This document shows positions 39,235 through 48,491 of a DNA stretch of 59,683 bases, one piece after another. Numbering within the stretch: position 1 is the stretch's first letter; each line of letters starts with the position of its first letter. A program made the translations under genes and the position numbers. Below the pieces are notes generated by a model. It did no database searches and was not told where the DNA came from. It saw only the letters and a program-made list of their open reading frames with translations. The DNA comes from Pseudomonadota bacterium (GTDB lineage Bacteria; Bdellovibrionota_B; Oligoflexia; Oligoflexales; RGVZ01). Location: NCBI GenBank assembly GCA_041178085.1, contig JBEGVZ010000042.1, forward strand, positions 1 through 59,683, given 5' to 3'.

Positions 39235-40101
39235 ATGTGGTTCGTTGATGGCGTGCGTCGGCGTTTCTGTTTCACGACAATGATGGTTGCCGGATCCATC
39301 GCCGGGTGCGGTGGTGTCTCGCAGTCTTCGCTCAAGGGGCTGGCCCACAGCCGCGATGGCCGCAATGTTGCGGTGCTCATTGGTGCGCCAAACGGACTCC
39401 CGGGTGTTCCAACCGACATTCGCGAGCTCGACGCTCTCTTCAAGAATACATCGCTGGACCTGGGATTTGATGAAGTTGTGAAAGACGACACGGCGAACAC
39501 CGATGAGATTTTTGAGGTCTCTGCCGACGCATCGCGTGATGCAGATACCCTGTTCTGGTATTTCTCTGGTCACGGCAATACCGGGATCCTGCTTGCCGAA
39601 GACCGCTCGTTCACATTCTCGGAAGTTGCGAACGCCGTCATGGCTGCGCGCGAAGGACGTCCGTTGGAGCGCCTCGTCGTCATGCTTGACTCCTGCTATA
39701 GCGGATCTTTTGTTGATGGCCGCACGCCGATCATCCCGAGCAGCCAGGTTGATGGAGTGCGCAGCAAGTGCGTGCCGATGACCGGCACAATGAACACCAT
39801 GGAAGATGCCATGGCAGAGATCGGGCAGTTCGAGGGAACCCTGTTCAAGCAAGCCTACGTGATGGCCTCTTCGACCAAAAACGAGACGTCCGCTGACCTT
39901 GGCCGGTCCAAGGGCGGGGCCTTTACCTGGTCTCTGCGTGGCGTCATTGAGCGCTTCAGCGAGTCCAACCGCGATGCATCCATCCTGGAAGTTTCCCAAG
40001 AAACCCGCAGGGATACAGATGAAATCGGTGGCCACACCCCGGTTTGGCGTGCTTTCCCGTCGACTCAGATCCTGGGCGAGAAGTTCTTCCTTTACGAGTG
40101 A
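39235..40101 (+). CDS. Caspase-family (peptidase C14, metacaspase-like) lipoprotein
   Basis: AVLIG..L.G...D, catalytic FSGHG and LDSCYSG, p10-like ASS....SAD..GGAFT; lipobox IAGC; AGGGGG RBS. Confidence 0.85.
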   Translation: MWFVDGVRRRFCFTTMMVAGSIAGCGGVSQSSLKGLAHSRDGRNVAVLIGAPNGLPGVPTDIRELDALFKNTSLDLGFDEVVKDDTANTDEIFEVSADASRDADTLFWYFSGHGNTGILLAEDRSFTFSEVANAVMAAREGRPLERLVVMLDSCYSGSFVDGRTPIIPSSQVDGVRSKCVPMTGTMNTMEDAMAEIGQFEGTLFKQAYVMASSTKNETSADLGRSKGGAFTWSLRGVIERFSESNRDASILEVSQETRRDTDEIGGHTPVWRAFPSTQILGEKFFLYE

Positions 40102-40134
40102 TGAAATCAGTTTTGTTGAATCAGTGAGGATAAA

Positions 40135-41652
40135 ATGAGCATAAAAGCGGCTCGTTCGGTTATTCCGGCATTATGTGCGCTCACGTCCTTTGCTTTTGCT
40201 GAGTCCGCAAGGGGCGAAGGATCGCCCGTTGTTCCGGGAAACCCCTCACAAGCCAACGGAGACTCCGGGTCTTCCGCATCAGCTGCAGAAAACAGGACTT
40301 TTTGCATCGATCCATCTTTTGGGGCAAAAGATTCGAATCGCCGCATGGGCCTGCAGTTGTTACGGAGGCCTCCGGAGAGGGTGATGGCTGTTGGGCCAGA
40401 CGGCAGTATTTTCATCACGGGAAACCTTTTGGTGGATCCCAAAAGTAGAAAAAGACGGACTGGCCTTTTCAGTGTTCAGAAGTTCAATTCCGACGGTCGA
40501 CCGGATCCCACTTTCGCATCCAATGGGGAATCCTTGGTCAAGCCCAACACAGGCGGTGCAGGTATCATTCCCAGGTACCTGCATCTGATGCCTGATGGTG
40601 GTGTGATCTCGGGGGGCCTGGCAGGGTACATGGCCTTCGTCCCGATGGTAAATAAGTATAAGTCGGATGGTTCATTCGACCCTGATTTCGGCAAGAGGGT
40701 CAAAAAACAGGCCGATGTACCTGGTTATGCCTATGATGCGACACCAGGTGGACCCGCCTGTTTAAGCCTTGGGTTGACGGATTTCAATGAGACCGGCCCT
40801 TTTGCACACTTGATCGCCGGTCGTGGCGGGCAGTTTTTCTTCGCGGGAAGATCACCAGTACAAACTGGCAAGAAGCGCCGTCCTGAAGAAACATGGCTCC
40901 CCGTCATCCGCAAATTCACAGCTGAGGGTTTACTGGACAGGTCGTTTGGGAAAGCTGGAACCGTCCAGCTGCAGCGTTCAGACAATCTGTTCGACTTCAC
41001 TGTGCTGGATGACGGGCGTTCGGCGATTTTGATGAACCAGCAGGATCACGATTCCGGGGTTCAAGGTGGTCTGCTGGTCAAGCGCCTGCTTGAATCAGGA
41101 AAAGTCGATTCAACTTGGCGCGGCGTGGACTTGAGTCCGTTGATTGCCAAGTCTGTGATGGCATTTCTTAAATCCACCGACGGAGTCGATGTTCAAATCA
41201 GCAGCCGGGTCATCAATCATGCGCAATTCATTGGGGCTCGGGATGGTGGCGTTTTCGTCGGTGGTGAATCGGAAGGGTATGTATTCGTCATCCGCGTTTC
41301 CGCGAGTGGTGAGATTGACGAATCATGGGGCCAGCAAGGAATTGTACTTTGGAGAGAGTCTCAATATGCGTGGCGGGAATCAAAATCTTTTGCCGCTTTT
41401 GCACTGATGCCTCGAGGCGAAATCGTCGCTTACGACAACAACGACATTTTTTCATTGATCGATCCCGCTGGTCGAAAAAGGGAGTCGGGCCCGATCGAGG
41501 TGGGGTCAGGGGGATACATGCCCGGAGGGCTGCAGATCGTCCCGCAAGGAGAGAACTCCCTGATCCTGCTGGGTGGCTTCGATAGGGGCGATGATGTTCG
41601 GCTTGACCGGATCCGGCTTGATGCCACCTGCCCACAGCAGAAGAATCCGTGA
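40135..41652 (+). CDS. Secreted delta-60-repeat (beta-propeller-like) protein
   Basis: Signal peptide; repeats KFNSDGRPDPTF, KYKSDGSFDPDFG, KFTAEGLLDRSFG, RLLESGKVDSTW, RVSASGEIDESWG. Confidence 0.8.
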   Translation: MSIKAARSVIPALCALTSFAFAESARGEGSPVVPGNPSQANGDSGSSASAAENRTFCIDPSFGAKDSNRRMGLQLLRRPPERVMAVGPDGSIFITGNLLVDPKSRKRRTGLFSVQKFNSDGRPDPTFASNGESLVKPNTGGAGIIPRYLHLMPDGGVISGGLAGYMAFVPMVNKYKSDGSFDPDFGKRVKKQADVPGYAYDATPGGPACLSLGLTDFNETGPFAHLIAGRGGQFFFAGRSPVQTGKKRRPEETWLPVIRKFTAEGLLDRSFGKAGTVQLQRSDNLFDFTVLDDGRSAILMNQQDHDSGVQGGLLVKRLLESGKVDSTWRGVDLSPLIAKSVMAFLKSTDGVDVQISSRVINHAQFIGARDGGVFVGGESEGYVFVIRVSASGEIDESWGQQGIVLWRESQYAWRESKSFAAFALMPRGEIVAYDNNDIFSLIDPAGRKRESGPIEVGSGGYMPGGLQIVPQGENSLILLGGFDRGDDVRLDRIRLDATCPQQKNP

Positions 41653-41865
41653 GCCTGTATCGCCGGAGGAATATCATAAATTATGCATTAATATCGGCTT
41701 GTTATTATGATTTCCACCAGATCTGTCCAGTAACGATTCCGATGGAGTTTCTTGGCTGTCCTTTGTCCCCGGAATCCGTTGGAAACTTCGTCCTTTACGA
41801 ATGATCGTTCCGGGCTGTAGAAGCCTGATGGCACAGGCTAAAAGCCACATTCCGGAACCTTACCC

Positions 41866-43005
41866 ATGAGCAGCGAATCACAAGAAAGAGCCGTCACCAG
41901 GGTCTTGCACGCGATCGACGCAATGCGCGCCGGCGAGATGGTGATCATGGTCGACGATGAAGACCGTGAAAACGAGGGCGACCTGGTTTTTGCCGCTGAA
42001 TTCGTTACTCCCGAAAAAATCAACTTCATGGTGCGCGAGGCCCGCGGCCTGGTCTGCCTTTCGCTTGCGCCCGAGATCATCGACCGTTTGAAGCTTCCGA
42101 TGATGAGCGACGCCGGCAAGCAGGGTTGCACCAAGTCCACAGCTTTCACCGTGTCGATCGAAGCGCGCGAAGGAGTCTCCACCGGTATCAGTGCAGCTGA
42201 CCGCGCACAGACCATCCGCGTCGCCATCGACGACAAGACGACGCCTGATGACATTGTCGTTCCCGGGCACGTATTCCCTCTAAAGTCCAAGCGCGGCGGC
42301 GTCCTGGAACGCTCTGGACATACGGAAGGGTCGATCGACCTGGCGCGCCTCTCGGGCCTCAAACCCGCGGCTGTCATTTGTGAAATCATGAAAGACGACG
42401 GCACCATGGCGCGGATGCCCGACCTTGAGGAATTCGCAAAACGTCACAAAATGGCCGTTGTTTCCATTGCCGACCTGATTGAGTTTCGTCTGCTCAGGGA
42501 CTCCCTCGTTGAACAGATTGCCCACAGCCCGATGACCACGCCCAAGGGCGTTTTCGACGCTTACTGCTTCAGAAATCACGTCGACGGATCGCAGCATTTC
42601 GCGCTGGTTAAAGGTGGGCCGTTTCAAGCCGATCAGATAGTCGACGTTCGCGTGCACAGGCAGAGGCCCTTGCTTGACGTATTCACCGGTTCGGGTGGTG
42701 GGCGGCACCTGGTGGACTATGGCCTTGACCTGCTTGCGAGTACGCCCACGAGTGTGTTGCTGTACTTGTCTCATCCGGGGGGCAACCAGGCATTTGAGGA
42801 CGACGTCCTGGATGGCGATGCGGAACGGGGCCCGGTCAGCACGCGCTGGCGTGCGATGGATCCAAGGCTTTACGGGATCGGGGCGCAGATACTACGCCAA
42901 CTGGGAGTGCGGAGGATGCGGACCCATCTTTCGACGCAGCGTTCGTTGAAGGGGCTTTCCGGGTTCGGACTTGAGATTGTCGATTCGGTTGTGATTTCGG
43001 GGTGA
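41866..43005 (+). CDS. ribB: DHBP synthase RibB fused to degenerate GTP cyclohydrolase II (RibBX)
   Basis: DDEDRENEGD, TGISAADR, PGHVFPL, GHTEG intact; RibA half lacks the C-x10-C-x-C zinc ligands. Confidence 0.9.
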   Translation: MSSESQERAVTRVLHAIDAMRAGEMVIMVDDEDRENEGDLVFAAEFVTPEKINFMVREARGLVCLSLAPEIIDRLKLPMMSDAGKQGCTKSTAFTVSIEAREGVSTGISAADRAQTIRVAIDDKTTPDDIVVPGHVFPLKSKRGGVLERSGHTEGSIDLARLSGLKPAAVICEIMKDDGTMARMPDLEEFAKRHKMAVVSIADLIEFRLLRDSLVEQIAHSPMTTPKGVFDAYCFRNHVDGSQHFALVKGGPFQADQIVDVRVHRQRPLLDVFTGSGGGRHLVDYGLDLLASTPTSVLLYLSHPGGNQAFEDDVLDGDAERGPVSTRWRAMDPRLYGIGAQILRQLGVRRMRTHLSTQRSLKGLSGFGLEIVDSVVISG

Positions 43006-43457
43006 ACATGGACAAGAAGATCCTCATCATTGTGGCGCGCTTCAACGACATGATCACCAGGTCGCTCCTGGCTGGTGCTACGGATGCTTTCCGTGACGCC
43101 GGTTATGCAGATGACAAGATCCAGACGGTGTGGGTGCCAGGAAGCTTCGAGATCCCCGTTGTGGCGGCCAAGGCTGCAAGGTCAGGCAAATACGCTGCAG
43201 TGGTCACCCTTGGTGCAGTCATCCGCGGTGAAACCCCGCACTTTGATTTTGTCGCCGGACAGGCGGCAAGTGGCCTGATGAGCATCGGTTTGGAGACGGG
43301 AATCCCCGTCATTTTTGGCATCCTGACCACGGATACGATTGAGCAGGCATTGGCTCGCAGTGGGATCAAGGGTGGAAACAAGGGGCGTGATGCAGCCCAG
43401 GCGGCCATCGAAATGATCAAGGTCCTCGGCAGCATCGATGGCGGGCGGAAGGCATGA
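43002..43457 (+). CDS. ribH: Lumazine synthase
   Basis: [28 protein letters not shown]. Confidence 0.96.
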   Translation: MNMDKKILIIVARFNDMITRSLLAGATDAFRDAGYADDKIQTVWVPGSFEIPVVAAKAARSGKYAAVVTLGAVIRGETPHFDFVAGQAASGLMSIGLETGIPVIFGILTTDTIEQALARSGIKGGNKGRDAAQAAIEMIKVLGSIDGGRKA

Positions 43458-43879
43458 CCACCAATCCAAATTCCGTCGCCCGAGATTTTGCGCTGCAGTT
43501 TCTCTACCAGTGCGAATCCGAAAAGCTTTATTACTTCAGTCCATCCCACTTCGATATTTTTACGGGCAATTTCAATGTGCCCCTGTCATCCCTCAACGTG
43601 ATGCGTGACCTGGTCAAGGCGACCCTCGACAAGCGCGAGGTGAACGACCCCGTCATTGAAGCCAACTCCAAGAACTGGAAGCTATCGCGCCTTGCCGTGA
43701 CCGATCGTGCGGTGCTGCGCATGGCTCTTGCGGAGTTGCAGTCCATGGAGACGCCGGTGAAGGTTGTTTTGAATGAGGCTGTCGAGCTGGCAAAGCGTTA
43801 CGGCAACGAGCAATCGGGCGCCTTCGTGAACGGGGTTCTTGATGCGATCATCAAGGCCGGAAGCCTGCCCAAGCCCTGA
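43454..43879 (+). CDS. nusB: Transcription antitermination factor NusB
   Basis: AR..ALQ.LY, NWKLSRL...[19 protein letters not shown]. Confidence 0.93.
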   Translation: MTTNPNSVARDFALQFLYQCESEKLYYFSPSHFDIFTGNFNVPLSSLNVMRDLVKATLDKREVNDPVIEANSKNWKLSRLAVTDRAVLRMALAELQSMETPVKVVLNEAVELAKRYGNEQSGAFVNGVLDAIIKAGSLPKP

Positions 43880-44017
43880 ACCAATTGAAATTATTAAACT
43901 TTATTTTTTTGTTTTCTCTGACTCACCAAGAAGACAGTCCCATATGCTGTCTGCGGGCTTGATAGGGTAGAATCTAATCAGAATTACCTTGTCGGGAAGC
44001 GCAAGACGCTTCGGGAG

Positions 44018-44737
44018 TTGATGATGAACTTGAATCCCTCCGCGGACTTGAGCAGCACCCGTGAAGAGCTTCCGGGCATGGCCGACCCGTCTGTCATGCC
44101 CACGGCGGTTGACGGTCTGAAAAATCATGTTCGCGAAGACCACATGCAGATCAACATAAAGAACTCCGAGACCCGCGCCATCACGGCTGGCGGTGATCCC
44201 AACCTTGGGATTCCGGATCGCAGGATGGTGAGCCTCCACATTTCGACTGGTGCAACGGTCAATGAGTGTCCGTTTTGGATCGGTATCGCATCTGCTGGTG
44301 AGATTTCGCCCCCTAGCCTGCTGAATCATGCTGCGATGGAAGATCTGTTCAGCGAGGCCGCTGTTCGCGGCATCTCCGATCACGATTCGGTGATGCTTAC
44401 CGACACCGTCAGTAATCCGGCCCGTTACGTTTTTCTGATGCCCCGCCCAACCCGGGACTTCAGGGAGACAAGTGCGTGGATTGCCTCCATGGTGGCAACC
44501 GTCCGGGCCTGGTCCCCTGAATCCGCCGGATTTTACATCGCTCCTGAGGTGATGGTTGCGGACGAATCTCATGAGATCCTTGCCCGCGTCTTGCACGAAC
44601 TGATTGCCACCATGCCTGGAACGACATCGTTTCATTTGTTGGTCGGTCGCCACAGTTTCAACGGGGTGCTGAACACGGCGCTGAGGCTCAAGTCCGAGCT
44701 TGAAGGCGACGAACTTAACGTTTTCGTCTACCACTGA
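44018..44737 (+). CDS. Hypothetical cytoplasmic alpha/beta protein (true start may be 44144)
   Basis: Long ORF with plausible codon usage; no motif recognised. Confidence 0.55.
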   Translation: MMMNLNPSADLSSTREELPGMADPSVMPTAVDGLKNHVREDHMQINIKNSETRAITAGGDPNLGIPDRRMVSLHISTGATVNECPFWIGIASAGEISPPSLLNHAAMEDLFSEAAVRGISDHDSVMLTDTVSNPARYVFLMPRPTRDFRETSAWIASMVATVRAWSPESAGFYIAPEVMVADESHEILARVLHELIATMPGTTSFHLLVGRHSFNGVLNTALRLKSELEGDELNVFVYH

Positions 44738-44748
44738 AGCTTTCTCAG

Positions 44749-46470
44749 ATGCGAATGGCGGCTCTGGGTATCCTTGGCGCATTGATGCTTTGGACTCTGT
44801 CCCTGGCCTTCTATCCAAATTCCGATGGGTCGATTGCCACGCAGATCCCCGGTGTGTGGGGTGACTGGTCCTTGCACGCGGCTCATGCATGGTGGTTTGC
44901 CGAACAGCCCCCAAGTGCGTGGCTGGATGTAAGACTTCTTCGTCATGACTTGCCCATGGCTTATCCGCCTCTGATCAATTGGTTTTCGGGAATGCTGCTC
45001 AAGACGGGCGCAAGTTTTTATCTTGCAATGATATGCCCGGTTTTCCTCTTTTCGATGCTTCTCGTCTGGGGATTGATGCGCCTGAATGGCTTCGTGATCA
45101 GCGAGGTCTTTCCTTCCAGTGTTCCCCCTTCGACGAGAAACGTCTCGGTGGCCGCATTTCTGACGTGTCTGGTGGTTCTTGTTGGTGGTGGCTCGCGCAT
45201 TTTTGCGGGTTTGATCGAGTATGTGATGTTGCCTGCACACTCGCGATGGCCGTTGATGGACACAATTATTAGCGCTGCTCGGGGTGGAATCCTGTCGGAC
45301 CCCCTGAACCAGGCATGGTTGTCATCTTTGCACGCGCAGCTTATTCCGCAGCGTACGTTCATGGCGGGGCTTTCCCTTGGGGTGGTTCTTGTCTATGAGA
45401 TCCTCCAGCCGCAACCCAGGCAGAAATTGCTGCTTCCGCTGTTGCCTCTCCTTGCCCTCGCCCACACTTATTCCTGGCTTGTTGTGCTGCTCGTCATTGG
45501 TGTCACAATGACGATGGAAGCACTACGCCCTGCGCGCAAGACAGAAAAACATAGTCAGAGAATCGTCACCGTAATCCGTAAATGGCTGAAAATAGCGGGT
45601 CCAGGGACCTTGCTTTCTGTCCTGGTATTTCTTCTGGTCATGCCGTCTACCATGAGCAAGGTTTCCGGATTCGGCTGGTCGCCAGGCTGGATGGCGGTCG
45701 ATGCCGCGCAGAATCCGTTTTTCTTCTGGATCGTAAACTGGAATGTGTTTCTTCCTCTTGCGTTGGTTGCAGCCGTAACTTCCCGCGAGGTGCGTGGGCA
45801 TCCCTTGTTTGTCTCTGGCGCCATACTTTTTCTGGCCATGAACCTCTTCCGTTTGCAGCCATGGGTGTGGGATAACTCAAAGTTTCTGTTGTGGGCGATG
45901 TTGCTGATGGCGGGGCCTCTTGCCGGGTGGATGCTAAAGCAAGTCACTTCAGTACCCAGGCGCTGGCGTGACAAGGCATTTGCCGGAGTCGCGCTGTCCC
46001 TTTTGCTGGTCGACGGCCTGGTTATCATTTCTGGTGACCTGTTCGCCCCCCGCCAACAGATGGAGATATGGTCCGTGTCGGATCAGGTGATGGGGGCCTG
46101 GGCACGTCAACACCTTCCCAGGGAGGCGTTGATTCTTTCTCCGTCGCCTGAGGATCATCGTTACTGGGCATTTACACTTACCGGTCGCAGGAACGTACAG
46201 GCCTATTCGGGATGGATGTGGACCCATGGATTGCCCTATGAGCCAACACGCTCTTTGATGAAGAACATGCTGGAGAACCCGTCCGCGAACCTTGAGGCGA
46301 TCCATACCACCGGAATCACACACATCGCCGTGCCTGAATCTGGCGGAAGCTGGAGGATTGATCACGGTGGTTTGGCCCAGTCATTTAAGACCCTGATCAA
46401 AGTGGATGGCCAGGCGGTGTTCGGCGTCACCGATGGGAAATCGGAAACGTCTGTTCCGAAGACGCCCTGA
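44749..46470 (+). CDS. Polytopic membrane protein, probable GT-C-fold glycosyltransferase
   Basis: N-terminal loop WGDWSLH, YPPLIN, PQR, many TMs, periplasmic tail with W.R..LP and TGRR. Confidence 0.6.
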   Translation: MRMAALGILGALMLWTLSLAFYPNSDGSIATQIPGVWGDWSLHAAHAWWFAEQPPSAWLDVRLLRHDLPMAYPPLINWFSGMLLKTGASFYLAMICPVFLFSMLLVWGLMRLNGFVISEVFPSSVPPSTRNVSVAAFLTCLVVLVGGGSRIFAGLIEYVMLPAHSRWPLMDTIISAARGGILSDPLNQAWLSSLHAQLIPQRTFMAGLSLGVVLVYEILQPQPRQKLLLPLLPLLALAHTYSWLVVLLVIGVTMTMEALRPARKTEKHSQRIVTVIRKWLKIAGPGTLLSVLVFLLVMPSTMSKVSGFGWSPGWMAVDAAQNPFFFWIVNWNVFLPLALVAAVTSREVRGHPLFVSGAILFLAMNLFRLQPWVWDNSKFLLWAMLLMAGPLAGWMLKQVTSVPRRWRDKAFAGVALSLLLVDGLVIISGDLFAPRQQMEIWSVSDQVMGAWARQHLPREALILSPSPEDHRYWAFTLTGRRNVQAYSGWMWTHGLPYEPTRSLMKNMLENPSANLEAIHTTGITHIAVPESGGSWRIDHGGLAQSFKTLIKVDGQAVFGVTDGKSETSVPKTP

Positions 46471-46606
46471 CGCCGCCGGGATCCTTGTCATTTCCGCATT
46501 TTTTTTCGATTTCTTAAAAAATTCTTAAAGCCCCTAACCCACCAGCATTTCGAATATTTTTACCGTTGAGCCAGTAACCGCCGGGAATCTGGCTGCCGAC
46601 CCGTTG

Positions 46607-46633
46607 TCAACCTTTCCGTTTTGCCTCCGAAAC
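46607..46633 (+). promoter_or_regulatory. Putative sigma-28 promoter of fliD
   Basis: TCAA-N15-TCCGAAAC upstream of an AAGGAGG RBS. Confidence 0.5.
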
Positions 46634-46664
46634 CCACCATGGGAGAGAAGGAGGAACTCTGGTC

Positions 46665-48035
46665 ATGAAAATTCAGGGAACAGGATCCTTCCCGGTGTCG
46701 CCACAAGGTCCTGCCGTAGGGCAGGGCGGCGGTGTCGACATGGGTATCGTCGACAAGATCATGGAGGCACCGCGCGCAGCGGTCGAGGGGCTGTCTGGCA
46801 AGCGCGAGGCATTGGTCCGTGAGAAGAATAACTATTCCGCCATCAGCTCAGCCCTTGGCGAGCTTGGCGCCCACCTGGATGGGATTAAAGTCCCGGAGAA
46901 ATTCCAGCGCCTCAAAGTCGAGTCGTCCCATCCGGATGTGATCGGTGCTGAATTACTCGACGGTGCGCGAAACTTGAAGCCTGGACAGTTCAATTTCGAG
47001 GTCAGTGAACTGGCGGGCGCGGCAAAATTTCTGGAACAAGGTTTCCGGGATGTGAACGACAAGGTCGGTTTTGGCTTCATGGCAATCGAACGCGGTGACG
47101 GACAGCCGGACCTGGATATTACGATCGACCCTGGCGAGTCGCTCAAGGACGTCGCAGACAAGATCAACAACACAGGCGGTGGAGTCCAGGCTTCGATCAT
47201 CAATACCGGGCTGGGTGAGGATCCTTTCCGGTTGCTTGTCCGCAGCGAAAAGACAGGGGAAGCAGCCCGCATCAAGATCGACCCAGACACCACCTTTCTG
47301 GATTTCAAAGAGCTGAAAAAAGCAAAAGACCTGGCGATGAAATTTGAGGATGTCGATGTCTCGCGTCCAGGCAACAGCTTTTCTGACTTGATCGACGGTG
47401 TGAAGCTTACGGCAAAGAAAGCAATGCCCGGCACACAAGTCCAGTTGAACATCAGCCAGGACATTGATGCCACCACCACGGGTGTGAAGGACTTCGTCGA
47501 CAAGTACAACAATGCGTTTTCAACCCTTTCCAGCCAGCTGGTGCCGAAGGAGGGTGAGCGTCAGGTTGCGGGTACGGCTTCGACCGTACGCCAGGCAATG
47601 CGTACGCTGCAATCAGAGGTCAGCGGTGGGAAGGTCGCCGCAGGTCCGGGTGGCATGTCTCTGGCCGAAGCAGGCGTGACGACCAATGCGAAGACGGGGC
47701 TTCTTGAGATAAACGAAGACAAACTGAGGAAAGCCCTGGCCAAGGATTACGAGGGTGTCGCAAGCATCTTTGCCAGCAATGGTGACGGAAAAGGAATCGC
47801 CGAGAAATTGGGCGATGCCATCAAGAGCCTTCAAGACCGCCAAAGCGGTGTACTGACCCTGCGCCAGAAAACCATGGACGAGCAGATTCGCCGCCAGGAT
47901 CAGACGATCGAGCGTCAGCAGCGGGCTCTTGAGGAAAAGCAGCAGCGCTTGCAAAAGACGTTCTCTGACCTGAATGGCAAGATGCAAATGATGGACTCCC
48001 AGCAGCAGCAGATGGCTGCCCGTCTTGGGAGCTGA
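46665..48035 (+). CDS. fliD: Flagellar filament cap protein FliD
   Basis: VSELA, SLKDVADKIN, ASIINTG, N.F.DLIDGV.L, FVDKYN, C-terminal coiled coil. Confidence 0.88.
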   Translation: MKIQGTGSFPVSPQGPAVGQGGGVDMGIVDKIMEAPRAAVEGLSGKREALVREKNNYSAISSALGELGAHLDGIKVPEKFQRLKVESSHPDVIGAELLDGARNLKPGQFNFEVSELAGAAKFLEQGFRDVNDKVGFGFMAIERGDGQPDLDITIDPGESLKDVADKINNTGGGVQASIINTGLGEDPFRLLVRSEKTGEAARIKIDPDTTFLDFKELKKAKDLAMKFEDVDVSRPGNSFSDLIDGVKLTAKKAMPGTQVQLNISQDIDATTTGVKDFVDKYNNAFSTLSSQLVPKEGERQVAGTASTVRQAMRTLQSEVSGGKVAAGPGGMSLAEAGVTTNAKTGLLEINEDKLRKALAKDYEGVASIFASNGDGKGIAEKLGDAIKSLQDRQSGVLTLRQKTMDEQIRRQDQTIERQQRALEEKQQRLQKTFSDLNGKMQMMDSQQQQMAARLGS

Positions 48036-48066
48036 TTGAAGAAAATATTTTTCTGTAGGTAGACAT

Positions 48067-48477
48067 ATGACGTCCCTCAATGACAAGGCGAATAACCTTG
48101 GGCGCGACCACGCCGCTGACGCGATCCGGCGGGTTGTCTCCATCTTTTGTCAGCGTTGCGCCTCTGCGCAGGATGCACTCGCGATCGACGACTGGGAGAA
48201 GTTTGACGAGATGTTTCAGTTGCAGCGTGTGGCATGGCTCAACCTGAATGCTCTTGTGGACAAATTCGAGTCCGTGTTTGGTCTTTCGTCTTGTAAATCA
48301 GAGGTCCGTTTCTGGCTCCAGCCGTGCAAGTCAGCCTCGGACTCGCTGCGCGCAGAGATTGCCGCGAAACTTGCGAAGGTGGAGGCCGAAGGCCGCGCCG
48401 GGGCTCGCTTGAAGCGCCATTTGTCTGCTTTCCAGGCAGGTTCAGGCCGGACGGAAAACTTTCTCAAGGGCGCCTGA
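48067..48477 (+). CDS. Small helical protein after fliD, possibly FliT-like chaperone
   Basis: Position and size; DWEKFDEMFQLQR resembles the FliT helix pattern. Confidence 0.45.
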   Translation: MTSLNDKANNLGRDHAADAIRRVVSIFCQRCASAQDALAIDDWEKFDEMFQLQRVAWLNLNALVDKFESVFGLSSCKSEVRFWLQPCKSASDSLRAEIAAKLAKVEAEGRAGARLKRHLSAFQAGSGRTENFLKGA

Positions 48478-48491
48478 AATCAATCAATAAA

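Noticed and set aside
41653..41865. FMN riboswitch before ribB
   Set aside because: Conserved RFN segments (GGGGCAGGGTGAAATTCCC, AGTCTGGATG) are absent.
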